From Gemmatimonadota bacterium (GTDB lineage: Bacteria; Gemmatimonadota; Gemmatimonadetes; Gemmatimonadales; GWC2-71-9): a stretch of DNA of 64,000 nt. Positions 54,567-63,045 of this stretch are shown here, piece by piece (positions within the stretch are counted from its first letter, which is position 1; every line of letters starts with the position of its first letter). Location: positions 516-64,515 of the forward strand of contig JBGQLP010000013.1 in NCBI GenBank assembly GCA_041500125.1, given 5' to 3'. Both the position numbers and the translations under genes were made by a program. A model generated the notes under the pieces. That model saw only the letters and a program-made list of their open reading frames with translations. It made no database searches and was not told the DNA's origin.

Positions 54567-55739
54567 ATGCATCCTCCCCGGCACTCACTCTTCGCTCTCG
54601 TCGCCATCACGCTCTTCGCCGCATCGCCGGCCTGGCCGCAGTCGTTTGCCGAGGTCGACGGGTTGGTGGAGCAGGGGGTCCACCGCGGACTCTACCCCGG
54701 GGCTGTGGTGGTGATCGGACGAAGAGACTCCCTGTTGTACGCTCGGGGCTACGGCCACTTCACCTGGCAGTCTGGTTCGGCAGTCCCCAGCCCGGACTCG
54801 ACGTTCTGGGACATTGCGTCCATCACCAAGGTCGTGGGAACCACCAGCGGGGTCATGCGCCTGGTGGACACGGGCCGGCTGGATCTGGATGCACCGGTGC
54901 GGCGTTACCTCCCTCGGTTCACCGGAGGGCTCAAGGATCAGGTGACCGTGCGAATGCTGCTCGACCACACCAGTGGTCTCCGGAGCTACGCACCGCTCTT
55001 CAAGCAAGCGCGCACCCGCGAGGGTGCAATCGAGCTGCTGTATACCGAAAGGCCTAATCGGCGGCCGGGGGATTTGGCGGTGTATAGTGACCTCAATGCC
55101 ATCTTCCTCGGATTGGTAGTGGAGAGCGTATCCAAGTTGCCACTGGACCGCTTCGTGACTCGCGAGGTCTTCGAGCCTCTCGGGCTGGAGCACACCACCT
55201 ATCATCCAGGTCCTGCTATCCGCCGGCAGACGATGCCGAGTGCACTCTGGCGAGGCCATCCGATACAGGGACAGGTAAACGATCCCAATGCGGCGATACT
55301 CGGCGGTGCCGCGGGCCATGCCGGGATCTTTGCAACTGGAATGGACCTGGCCCGCTACGCTCAGGTCTGGCTGCGGGACGGGGTGGGGCCCAATGGGCAA
55401 TGGGTCAGCCCTTTTACGATCAAGCGATTTCTCACCCGAGGGGTAAATAGCGGCCCTCGCCTCCTCGGCTGGGACACGCCGGAGCTCAACAACGACGAGC
55501 CAAGCCTTTACGGCACGCTCATAAGTGACGCGGCCTACGGCCACACCGGCTTTACCGGCACCGAGATCTGGATCGATCCGACCCGCGATCTATTCCTGGT
55601 CTTCCTGACCAACCGCACCTTCGACCCGCGGGCTCGGGATGCGCATCGCGGGCTCCGGTCGTTGAGGACCGAGCTCTCCGACGCCGCCATCCGCCTCGTT
55701 CCCCATACCTGCCAGCAGGAACTGGTGGCCCACTGCTGA
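54567..55739 (+). CDS. Serine hydrolase, beta-lactamase (class C/PBP-like) family
   Basis: Signal peptide; SxxK in IASITKVV; YSDLN (YxN); HTGFTGT. Confidence 0.85.
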   Translation: MHPPRHSLFALVAITLFAASPAWPQSFAEVDGLVEQGVHRGLYPGAVVVIGRRDSLLYARGYGHFTWQSGSAVPSPDSTFWDIASITKVVGTTSGVMRLVDTGRLDLDAPVRRYLPRFTGGLKDQVTVRMLLDHTSGLRSYAPLFKQARTREGAIELLYTERPNRRPGDLAVYSDLNAIFLGLVVESVSKLPLDRFVTREVFEPLGLEHTTYHPGPAIRRQTMPSALWRGHPIQGQVNDPNAAILGGAAGHAGIFATGMDLARYAQVWLRDGVGPNGQWVSPFTIKRFLTRGVNSGPRLLGWDTPELNNDEPSLYGTLISDAAYGHTGFTGTEIWIDPTRDLFLVFLTNRTFDPRARDAHRGLRSLRTELSDAAIRLVPHTCQQELVAHC

Positions 55740-55766
55740 TGGGCCGAGTCATTATCTTTCTAGGAT

Positions 55767-55790
55767 GCCAATAGCCAATAGCCAATAGCC
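55767..55790 (+). repeat. Tandem heptamer GCCAATA x3
   Basis: GCCAATAGCCAATAGCCAATAGCC, 12-35 nt upstream of ATG 55802. Confidence 0.5.
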
Positions 55791-55801
55791 GGCCCAGACC
55801 C

Positions 55802-56101
55802 ATGCCCACTGCCGACGCCGTCCGCAAAGCCATCCGCGCGGTCAAAGATCCGGAGCTCAATCTCAACATCATCGACATCGGTCTGGTGTACGACGTCGAG
55901 GTAGACGAAGCCGGTGAGGTGAAGGTTCAGATGACCCTCACCTCGCCCGGCTGCCCGGCGGGCGCCGAGATCATTGCGGACGTGAAGCGGGTAGTCGGTG
56001 ATATGGAGGGAGTTCGCGCTGTTGAGGTCGAGCTGGTATGGGAGCCTTACTGGACTCCGGAGAAGATGGATCCCCGAGTTCGAACCTTTCTTGGCTTTTA
56101 G
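55802..56101 (+). CDS. DUF59 / SufT-like Fe-S cluster assembly factor
   Basis: AIRAVKDPELNLNIIDIGLVYDV...MTLTSPGCPAG. Confidence 0.85.
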   Translation: MPTADAVRKAIRAVKDPELNLNIIDIGLVYDVEVDEAGEVKVQMTLTSPGCPAGAEIIADVKRVVGDMEGVRAVEVELVWEPYWTPEKMDPRVRTFLGF

Positions 56102-56106
56102 TCGGG

Positions 56107-57321
56107 CTACGCGGCGGGCTGCTGCACCGCTGCGAGCAGCTTCCCGCCGATTTCACGCAACTGCCAGCGACGCAACTCCTTTATATCTGCCATCTGTTCG
56201 AGGCTCGCAGGGTTGACCCGGGCAATGGCTTCGAGAACGCCATTGGGGCAGAGCACCCCTGACGCCAAGTCATATTGCGTGGCCAGAGCGTTGCGTGCTG
56301 CCTTGAGCCGCTCCAGTCGGACCTCATAAGCCGCGTCCGGCTGGCGGCGGAGCGTGCGTTCCACCCGCGGAAGGTCTTGATCGGGGATAGCCAGCCCCCG
56401 CTGGACCGCGGCCAAAATCTCCCTGCCCCTCCGGTCAGCCTGCTCAGGACTGATACCTTTTATCGCTTTCAAGGCCGCGAGATCCGTCGGCGGAGACTTG
56501 GCCATGAACACCATCGGCTCGTTGTTGAGAATCCGAAAGGCGGCCTTGTCGCTGCGCCGCGCCACTTCCTCGCGCCACTGAAACAGCTCGCGCAGAACGG
56601 CTTGCGCTCTTCCGCTGAGGGCCTTTGCTCCCTTGATCCGTAAGTAACCAGGTTCGTTTGGCTCCGGCGCCGACCGCCGCACGGCCGTCAGCATTTCGAA
56701 CTCCTCCTCAGCCCATTCGAGACGTCTCAGCTCGCGCAGCCGTTCTCGCAGGAGATCCCGGAGAACGGGGAGGTGGCGCGTGTCGGCCGCGGCGTATGCC
56801 AGCATCTCTGACGTCAGCGGCCGGGCGGACCAGTCGGCGCGCTGGTAGCGCTTGTCCAGCCGCACGCCGAGATATTTATCCAATAGCGCCGCCAGCCCGA
56901 CCCCTGGCTCGTTGAGGAGCTGAGCGGCAATGCGGGTGTCGAAGAGGTGGGCGCCGCGGAATCCATATTCCTGCCCCAGGAGCCGGAGATCGTAATCGGC
57001 ATCGTGGAACACGATCTCGATATTCGGGTCGGCGAGCACCGCACCGAGGGGAGCCAGGCTGCTGACCGCGAGGGGGTCCACTACAGCGGTTTCCTGCCTG
57101 GACGAAAGCTGAAGCAGGTAGACTCGATCACGATACCGATGGAAACTTGCCGCCTCGGTATCCACCGCCAGCAGCGGCTCGGCCCGCAGTCGCTCGAACA
57201 AGCCTTCCAGCTCGGCCTGGCTCTGAATCAGGCGAACGTTCTCTGACCGGTTGTCGGGCTGCGTTGCCACGTTCACGCCGAAAGGTGGCTGCGGGCGCGG
57301 CCCGGGCGCAACGGCACTCAA
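56107..57321 (-). CDS. rnd: Ribonuclease D (DEDD 3'-5' exonuclease + HRDC)
   Basis: LAVDTEAASFHRYRDRVYLLQLS..., FHDADYDLRLL, AYAAADTRHL; HRDC-like C-terminus. TTG start. Confidence 0.9.
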   Translation of the reverse strand: MSAVAPGPRPQPPFGVNVATQPDNRSENVRLIQSQAELEGLFERLRAEPLLAVDTEAASFHRYRDRVYLLQLSSRQETAVVDPLAVSSLAPLGAVLADPNIEIVFHDADYDLRLLGQEYGFRGAHLFDTRIAAQLLNEPGVGLAALLDKYLGVRLDKRYQRADWSARPLTSEMLAYAAADTRHLPVLRDLLRERLRELRRLEWAEEEFEMLTAVRRSAPEPNEPGYLRIKGAKALSGRAQAVLRELFQWREEVARRSDKAAFRILNNEPMVFMAKSPPTDLAALKAIKGISPEQADRRGREILAAVQRGLAIPDQDLPRVERTLRRQPDAAYEVRLERLKAARNALATQYDLASGVLCPNGVLEAIARVNPASLEQMADIKELRRWQLREIGGKLLAAVQQPAA

Positions 57322-57488
57322 TCCGGCTTGGCGATAAGCTCGAACCCGGCGGCAATCTCATCAAATGCCTTCGATAAGGCCTTGAAGAACTCCGCGTCCG
57401 GTTGCGGTGTCCCACCCATCGCTCCATCCATCTGAAGCTTGCGAGCGAGCCGGGCGGCGTGGCGGATGTAATCGGTCGGTGGTTTCAT
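57318..57488 (-). CDS. Small hypothetical ORF (56 aa) translationally coupled to rnd
   Basis: Below the track cutoff: MKPPTDYIRHAARLARKLQMDGAMGGTPQPDAEFFKALSKAFDEIAAGFELIAKPD. Its TGA overlaps the rnd TTG (TTGA). Confidence 0.4.
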   Translation of the reverse strand: MKPPTDYIRHAARLARKLQMDGAMGGTPQPDAEFFKALSKAFDEIAAGFELIAKPD

Positions 57489-57491
57489 GTC

Positions 57492-57615
57492 AGCGGGGCG
57501 GCGGGGCCGCGGGGCAGCAGGGCAGTATGTCGGAATATCGACCTCTGGACCAATAGGCTAAGCAAAGATGGCCGCCCTGGCTACTGTCCCGCGCCCGCGG
57601 CCCCGCCGCCCCACT
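57492..57615. repeat. Long GC-rich imperfect inverted repeat filling a divergent intergenic region
   Basis: Left arm AGCGGGGCGGCGGGGCCGCGGGGCAGCAGGGCAGTA (57492-57527). Right arm TACTGTCCCGCGCCCGCGGCCCCGCCGCCCCACT (57582-57615). 21 of the outer 22 nt are complementary, plus an inner CAGTA/TACTG. 54-nt loop. Confidence 0.6.
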
Positions 57616-57626
57616 ATTATTTCCGC

Positions 57627-58832
57627 ATGTCTCTTCCTGAAATTGACCTCGTCGTCTATCCCGATGAGTGTGACGCCTTCGGGCATCTGAATCAGGCGTC
57701 ATTTCTCAGTCTGTTTGAGCGAGCTCGCTGGGAAATGCTCCTGCGCGGCCCCGGAATGGACGTGTTTACCCGAGCCGGTTCCTGGCCGGCGCTGCGCAAG
57801 ACTGTGATCGACTACCGGGCCGCCGCATTTCCGGGAGACGTGCTGCGGTTTCAGCAGGCACTCACCCACCATGGGCGCACCAGTTTCACGATGCGTCAGG
57901 CGGCCCGTCGGGTACGAGATGACACGCTCATAGCCAGCGCCGAGTTCGTGTTCGTCTGTATTGACCGTGACGGCCGGCCGGTGCCGGTGCCTCCGCAGTT
58001 CAGCGAATACATGAGCGCTCGAGGAGAGGCGGCTGGCAACGTGCAGCGGCTCACGGTGCACGGAGTCAACCTCGCCGTGGACGTGGAAGGCGAAGGCCCG
58101 GCAATCCTTTTCATTCACGGGTATCCGCTGAACCGCACCATATGGCGGGATCAGGTCAGTGCGCTCGAAGGCTTCCGTCGAATCGTTCCCGATCTTCGGG
58201 GAATGGGTCAATCGGATGCTCCGGATCTCGGCTATGGCATGGCTATCTATGCGGCGGATCTGGCCGCTTTACTCGATGCGCTGGGAATCGACGAAGTCAT
58301 CCTCTGCGGACACTCGATGGGTGGTTACATCGCGTTCGAGTTTCTACGAACCTGGCGCCCTCGGGTACGCGGTCTGGTTCTGGTCGATAGCCGGGCGGAG
58401 GCGGATAGCCCGGAGGGAACGCGGGCGCGCGATGCGGCGGCGGCGGCGGCGCGGGAAGGGGGAGCCGCAGCAATCGCTGAGGCTATGCTGCCCAGGATGT
58501 TGGCTCCTGCCACCATGATCCAACGGCCCGAGGTGGTCGAACGAGTCCGAGCCCTCATGGCTAGTACGCCCGTCCCTGGCATCGTGGGCGCCTTGGCCGC
58601 CATGCGCGATCGCGCGGGAAGTGAGACCCTGCTCCCGACACTGTCCGATGTTCCGACACTGGTGATCGTGGGCGAGGCCGACAGCCTTACCCCTCCCGAG
58701 CAGGCCCGGGCGATGGCGCAAGCCATCCCGGGAGCGCGGTTTGCGACTATACCAGACGCCGGCCATCTCCCTTCCGTCGAACAACCCGCGGCAACCACCA
58801 AGATCCTGCGCGAATTTCTCGGTTCCCTGTGA
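57627..58832 (+). CDS. Fusion protein: 4HBT-type acyl-CoA thioesterase + alpha/beta hydrolase
   Basis: N-terminal IDLVVYPDECDAFGHLNQASFLSLFERARWE (hotdog thioesterase). C-terminal ILFIHGYPLNRTIWRDQ...LCGHSMGGYIA...IPDAGHLPSVEQP (alpha/beta hydrolase). ATG 57627; the upstream 75 codons of the track ORF are the inverted repeat. Confidence 0.8.
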   Translation: MSLPEIDLVVYPDECDAFGHLNQASFLSLFERARWEMLLRGPGMDVFTRAGSWPALRKTVIDYRAAAFPGDVLRFQQALTHHGRTSFTMRQAARRVRDDTLIASAEFVFVCIDRDGRPVPVPPQFSEYMSARGEAAGNVQRLTVHGVNLAVDVEGEGPAILFIHGYPLNRTIWRDQVSALEGFRRIVPDLRGMGQSDAPDLGYGMAIYAADLAALLDALGIDEVILCGHSMGGYIAFEFLRTWRPRVRGLVLVDSRAEADSPEGTRARDAAAAAAREGGAAAIAEAMLPRMLAPATMIQRPEVVERVRALMASTPVPGIVGALAAMRDRAGSETLLPTLSDVPTLVIVGEADSLTPPEQARAMAQAIPGARFATIPDAGHLPSVEQPAATTKILREFLGSL

Positions 58833-58930
58833 TGAAACCTTTTGCCCGGTTCAGGCGTCCTACTCTATGGCGGCACGACCCCGTCCACGACGGATCACCG
58901 CTGCAGAGATGTATCTCCCACAATTCGGCT

Positions 58931-58976
58931 CCGGGATCGCGGCCAAGCTGTACGATCCCGGGGCTCCTTTCTTTTT
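58931..58976 (+). terminator. Rho-independent terminator
   Basis: CCGGGATCG-N13-CGATCCCGG followed by GGCTCCTTTCTTTTTC. Confidence 0.55.
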
Positions 58977-59020
58977 CGGGACCATCGGCTATTCGCTTCT
59001 AGCTGGCAGTCAAACAAAAC

Positions 59021-59047
59021 GACCCTCCTCGAATACTGAGGAGGGTC
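59021..59047. terminator. Perfect 10-bp hairpin, likely the ferredoxin-gene terminator (possibly bidirectional)
   Basis: GACCCTCCTC-GAATACT-GAGGAGGGTC, flanked by AAACAAAAC on the left (a T-run on the minus strand) and TGTCGTGTTT on the right. Confidence 0.55.
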
Positions 59048-59081
59048 TGTCGTGTTTGGATAACAATAAGCCAAATGCCTC

Positions 59082-59345
59082 CTACCTTTTTGGCCTCCCC
59101 GGCGGACTATCGCCGTTGAACACTTCCTTGTTCTTCTCAATGAAGGCGACGTACTGAGGCGGCACGTCCTCCTCAGGAAAGATCGCCGTCACCGGACATT
59201 CCGGCTCGCAGGCGCCGCAGTCGATGCATTCGTCGGGATGGATGTAAAGCTGGTCCTCACCCTCGTAGATGCAGTCCACCGGACACACATCCACACAGGC
59301 ACGGTCCTTTACCCCGATGCACGTCTCGACGATCACATAGGTCAT
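59082..59345 (-). CDS. Ferredoxin (FdxA-like; two cysteine cluster motifs)
   Basis: [52 protein letters not shown]. Confidence 0.9.
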   Translation of the reverse strand: MTYVIVETCIGVKDRACVDVCPVDCIYEGEDQLYIHPDECIDCGACEPECPVTAIFPEEDVPPQYVAFIEKNKEVFNGDSPPGRPKR

Positions 59346-59455
59346 CCGGCGGCTCCTTCGGCCGATTGGGGCCGTGACATACGGCGCTCTCGCAAAGGTA
59401 TACGAAGTGTAATCTAGCGGCGCAAGGGGCGTGGGTGCCCTTATTTTGCTGTCCG

Positions 59456-61498
59456 ATGCTCCCTTTCATGATCCTCTTTGCCGTGCTCTGGGCGCCCGTG
59501 CCGGCGCACGCCCAAGCCTGCCGGCCAGCGCGCACCGCCCTGGTCCTTTCGGGTGGCGGCGCCAAGGGTCTGGCTCATATCGGCGTCCTCCGCGTACTCG
59601 ACAGCCTCGGCATTCGTCCCGACCTGGTCGTCGGAAGCAGCATGGGAGCCATCGTCGGGGGCCTGTACGCCAGTGGCTACAGCGGGCGGGAGATCGATTC
59701 GCTGGCGCGTGCCTTACCCATCGCCGATCTCTTCCGGACCTACCAGCCCCAAGCCCCGCGTTCTCTCGGAGTGTTGCAGCCGCTGGTCGTCTGGGAGCAG
59801 GGTGATCGAAGGTTCAACCTGCAGAGTGCCGGTGTCGCGGAGACCGAGGTCAACGCGCTCGTCAACGCCGCCATGCTGCGTGGGAACCTTCTCGCCCGAG
59901 GAAACTTCGACTCGCTGCCGATTCCCTTCCGTGCCGTGGCTACCGATCTCGCCGATCGCTCCGCGGTCGTGCTTGCCTCCGGCGATCTGGCTCGCGCCGT
60001 TCGCGCGAGCTTTGCCATTCCCCTTGTCTTTGCTCCGGAGTCGTTGAACGGACGGATTCTGGCTGATGGCGGCCTGGTAGCCAACATCCCAGTCGCCGTG
60101 GCGCGGGCGGCCGGCGCCGAACGAGTGATCGTGTCGGACGCCACCGAGCGGTTGGCCGATTCGATCGATCTCTACTCGCCCATCGTCGTGGCCGACCGAC
60201 TGCTGGGCTTTCTCTTCCAGCAGCCGGCAGACTCACTTCTTCCGGGCGATGTTCTGGTACGTCCCGCGGTCGAGGGCTTCACCGGGCTCAACTTCTCCGC
60301 GACAAACGTGGACGCTCTCATCCGACGGGGCACCGCTGCGGCGGATGCCGTGCTTCCAAGAGTGCGCTGTCTCCCCATTGGCCTGTCCCGTTCCGCCCCC
60401 GCGCTGCCGAGCCGCATCGGCTCGGTGACAATTGCCTCCCGTAATCCATCGGAACGGCTCGCGCTCGGACGGCTCCTGGGACTGGGGCTGAGTGACACCC
60501 TGGATCCTGCGCTGCTCCGGAGTCGGGTGCGGCAGCTTGCCCGGGCGGAAGCCTATCAGGCCGTCTGGCTCGCGCCCACTGGTTCGGGGGACACGGTTTC
60601 CTTCAATGTCTCGGCCCGCGCCAGCGCGCGGCGGATAGCGGGACTCGGCGTCGCCTACGACAACGAGCTGGGCGGTCGCCTGTGGGTCGGAGGGGTGGAT
60701 CGGCGCTTTCTCGATCTCGCACTGGAGGCCAGCACCGCCCTCTACCTGGGCGAGTTTCGCAAGGAGCTCTATCTCGGGTTCCGCAGAAATTTCCAGTTCG
60801 GCCGTCAGCTCATGGTTCCAGCATTGACTGGCCGACTGGCGACCGAGTCAGTGCGACGCTTCGATGCGGATGGCCATGAGCTCGACCCACTCGAGGTCCG
60901 GGAAGCCCTTGGCTTTCTTGGGATAGAGCGAGCGTTTGACCCTGACTGGCAGGTCGCCCTGGGCGGTGTGGGGCATGCCTGGCATGAGCCGGGTCGGGAC
61001 CGCTCAACCATCGGCGCCACCGCGCGAGTGGCGAAAACCAGTCGTTCGAGAGGACGACTTCTCCAGGCGGACTTGGTCTGGACCGCGCTCTACAGTCGAG
61101 CCGGCTTTGATGGCGAAGCCTCGATGAAAATCGGTCCCATCAGAATAAGGCCTGAACTGCGGCTCGGCTGGGGCGATCGGCTTCCTCCCCAGGCCACTTT
61201 CCCTCTCGGCGGTGAGGATGGATTTCCTGGCCTTCACATCGGTGAACGCCGGGGTGACCGCGAGGCGCTCTTCCGGCTCTTGCTCACGTATGTCCTCAAG
61301 GGACCGTTCGTCGGCAGGATAGAAGTCGCTACCGGCCGCACTGCTCTGGGGGGGCCGGTTCTGGACTCTGACAGTTGGATTGTGGGTGCCCGGGCAGGTG
61401 TCGGGGCGGAAACGCCGGTGGGGCCGGTCCGGTTCGAGTACGGGGTTGCCAGTGGTGGCCGCGGTGCGGTGTTCGTCCGCCTTGGCCGCTGGTTTTAA
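59456..61498 (+). CDS. Patatin-like phospholipase fused to an Omp85/surface-antigen beta-barrel (PlpD-like, type Vd architecture)
   Basis: Signal [19 protein letters not shown]; [29 protein letters not shown] (GxSxG), DGGLVANIP (DGG). The C-terminus ends in an aromatic residue (RLGRWF), typical of OM barrels. Alternative GTG at 59435. Confidence 0.8.
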   Translation: MLPFMILFAVLWAPVPAHAQACRPARTALVLSGGGAKGLAHIGVLRVLDSLGIRPDLVVGSSMGAIVGGLYASGYSGREIDSLARALPIADLFRTYQPQAPRSLGVLQPLVVWEQGDRRFNLQSAGVAETEVNALVNAAMLRGNLLARGNFDSLPIPFRAVATDLADRSAVVLASGDLARAVRASFAIPLVFAPESLNGRILADGGLVANIPVAVARAAGAERVIVSDATERLADSIDLYSPIVVADRLLGFLFQQPADSLLPGDVLVRPAVEGFTGLNFSATNVDALIRRGTAAADAVLPRVRCLPIGLSRSAPALPSRIGSVTIASRNPSERLALGRLLGLGLSDTLDPALLRSRVRQLARAEAYQAVWLAPTGSGDTVSFNVSARASARRIAGLGVAYDNELGGRLWVGGVDRRFLDLALEASTALYLGEFRKELYLGFRRNFQFGRQLMVPALTGRLATESVRRFDADGHELDPLEVREALGFLGIERAFDPDWQVALGGVGHAWHEPGRDRSTIGATARVAKTSRSRGRLLQADLVWTALYSRAGFDGEASMKIGPIRIRPELRLGWGDRLPPQATFPLGGEDGFPGLHIGERRGDREALFRLLLTYVLKGPFVGRIEVATGRTALGGPVLDSDSWIVGARAGVGAETPVGPVRFEYGVASGGRGAVFVRLGRWF

Positions 61499-61511
61499 AT
61501 CAAGGCAGCCC

Positions 61512-62072
61512 CTAAAGCTGGGTGGCGTAAGAGGCCGTTCTTGGCTCCGGTGGCCCATAGCGTCCACCGGGACCGTGCTGTCGGTGCCATTCCTGCCGAA
61601 GGCAGAAGGGATCGAGACCCTGGGGTCGGTCCACCGCCAGAACCCCGTCCAGGTGATCGATCTCATGCTGGAGCAACTCCGCCCGGTCCCCCTCCACCTC
61701 TAACTCCGTCCACTCTCCCTTGAGATCCTGGTAGCGAACTCTAATCCGGTACGCCCGCGACACTCGCACCAACAGATCGGGGAAGCAGAAACAGTCGTCC
61801 CACACCTCGAAGTCCTCGTTACCTATGTCGATGATTTCCGGATTGATCAGCGGCCAGGGTTGTCCCATTTCGACGTAGACCATGCGCACCGGCGCCCCGA
61901 TCTGAGGAGCCGCGATGGCCCGTCCGCTGCCGAATCGCGACTGCCAGTCACGCAGCGTTTCGCGCATGTCGTCCATGATGACTCGTACCGCGGTCGAGCG
62001 TGGCCGGGTGATGGCCTCGCTGCGAGCCCGAAGGATTGGGTCACCCAACAGCCGAATACGGTGTATGGTCAT
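61512..62072 (-). CDS. def: Peptide deformylase-like protein with an atypical motif 2
   Basis: Motif 1 GRAIAAPQIG, motif 3 QHEIDHLDG. Motif 2 reads DDCFCFP instead of EGCLS. ATG 62072. Confidence 0.75.
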   Translation of the reverse strand: MTIHRIRLLGDPILRARSEAITRPRSTAVRVIMDDMRETLRDWQSRFGSGRAIAAPQIGAPVRMVYVEMGQPWPLINPEIIDIGNEDFEVWDDCFCFPDLLVRVSRAYRIRVRYQDLKGEWTELEVEGDRAELLQHEIDHLDGVLAVDRPQGLDPFCLRQEWHRQHGPGGRYGPPEPRTASYATQL

Positions 62073-62290
62073 CGGAAAACGAGACCTCAAGTAAGGGCGC
62101 AGGTAGGCTCTCGGAACCCAATATGTTAAATGAGGTTCAAGGGTGCCAGCACATTTCCGTAGTAGTTCTCGCTACTCCCGCTGACAGAAACCAGCACCGT
62201 AGGATTCTGGGCGCCCTGAGCAGCTTGGTTCAGTTTCCTAAGTTATTGAACAGCTATGACTAAGGAGTTCGCACCAAATCTCGGAGTAAA

Positions 62291-62319
62291 TTGACAATTC
62301 CGACTTATTTACTTAAGAT
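62291..62319 (+). promoter_or_regulatory. Candidate sigma70-type promoter for sufR-sufB
   Basis: TTGACA (62291-62296), 17 nt, TAAGAT (62314-62319). The -10 ends 9 nt before ATG 62329 and no SD is visible, so the transcript may be leaderless. Confidence 0.4.
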
Positions 62320-62328
62320 TAAGCTCAA

Positions 62329-63045
62329 ATGACCGTACCTTCATCCCGCCCTCGCCCGTTGAACCGCCCTGCCATCGTAGGCCATAAAGGTGTCCGCGGG
62401 GCCGTCTTGTTTGAGCTGAAGAAAGCGCGCCGCCTGACCGCAAAGGACCTTGCGGCCAGATTGGACATCTCGCTCAACGCGGTCCGGCATCATCTGAAGG
62501 AGTTGGAGGCGGAGGCACTCGTCGAGTACGAGCGCCAACACCGAGGTGTGGGAGCGCCGGCATTTGCCTATCGGTTGACCGCAGCGGGGGAGGAGCTATT
62601 CCCCCGCCGCTATGAGGCGACTCTATCCGATCTGCTCGATCACGTGGTTGAACGCGAGGGCAGGGCCGGGGCGGTAGCCGCGCTGGAGGCACGCTACGCC
62701 GCTCTCACGCGACGGCTTCAGGAGGAGCTCGCCGGGGCATCGCCCGCCGAGCGGATGGCCGCGCTGGCGCGGCTGCTGACGGACGATGGGTACATGGCGG
62801 AAGCAGATGCCTCCTCTGGTAGCGGTACTTTGATCGAGCACAACTGTGCGGTCCAGGCCGTAGCTGAGCGTTTCCCTGAAATCTGTGCCGCCGAGGCTAG
62901 GTTCCTCTCCGCCGTGCTCGGCGCCGAGGTCCAGCGGCAGGAACACATTCTCAGCGGGTGCAGTGCCTGCGAATACCGGGTGCACTTCAGCGCATCCGGG
63001 CAGCAGTCTACGCCACCCGCTTCTTCATCACAGGGGCAAGCATGA
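62329..63045 (+). CDS. sufR: SufR-type (ArsR/DeoR-like winged-HTH, Cys-rich C-terminus) Fe-S cluster biogenesis regulator
   Basis: [33 protein letters not shown]...; C-terminal cysteines (HNCAV..., PEICAAE..., GCSACEY). Directly precedes and overlaps sufB. Confidence 0.7.
   Translation: MTVPSSRPRPLNRPAIVGHKGVRGAVLFELKKARRLTAKDLAARLDISLNAVRHHLKELEAEALVEYERQHRGVGAPAFAYRLTAAGEELFPRRYEATLSDLLDHVVEREGRAGAVAALEARYAALTRRLQEELAGASPAERMAALARLLTDDGYMAEADASSGSGTLIEHNCAVQAVAERFPEICAAEARFLSAVLGAEVQRQEHILSGCSACEYRVHFSASGQQSTPPASSSQGQA

Noticed and set aside
50592-55544. Minus-strand ORFs 50592..51563, 52542..53345, 53349..53963 and 54585..55544, and plus-strand 53640..54548 and 54224..55057
   Set aside because: They are antisense or out of frame relative to polA, the matrixin protease and the beta-lactamase-family gene. 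No motifs; shadow ORFs.
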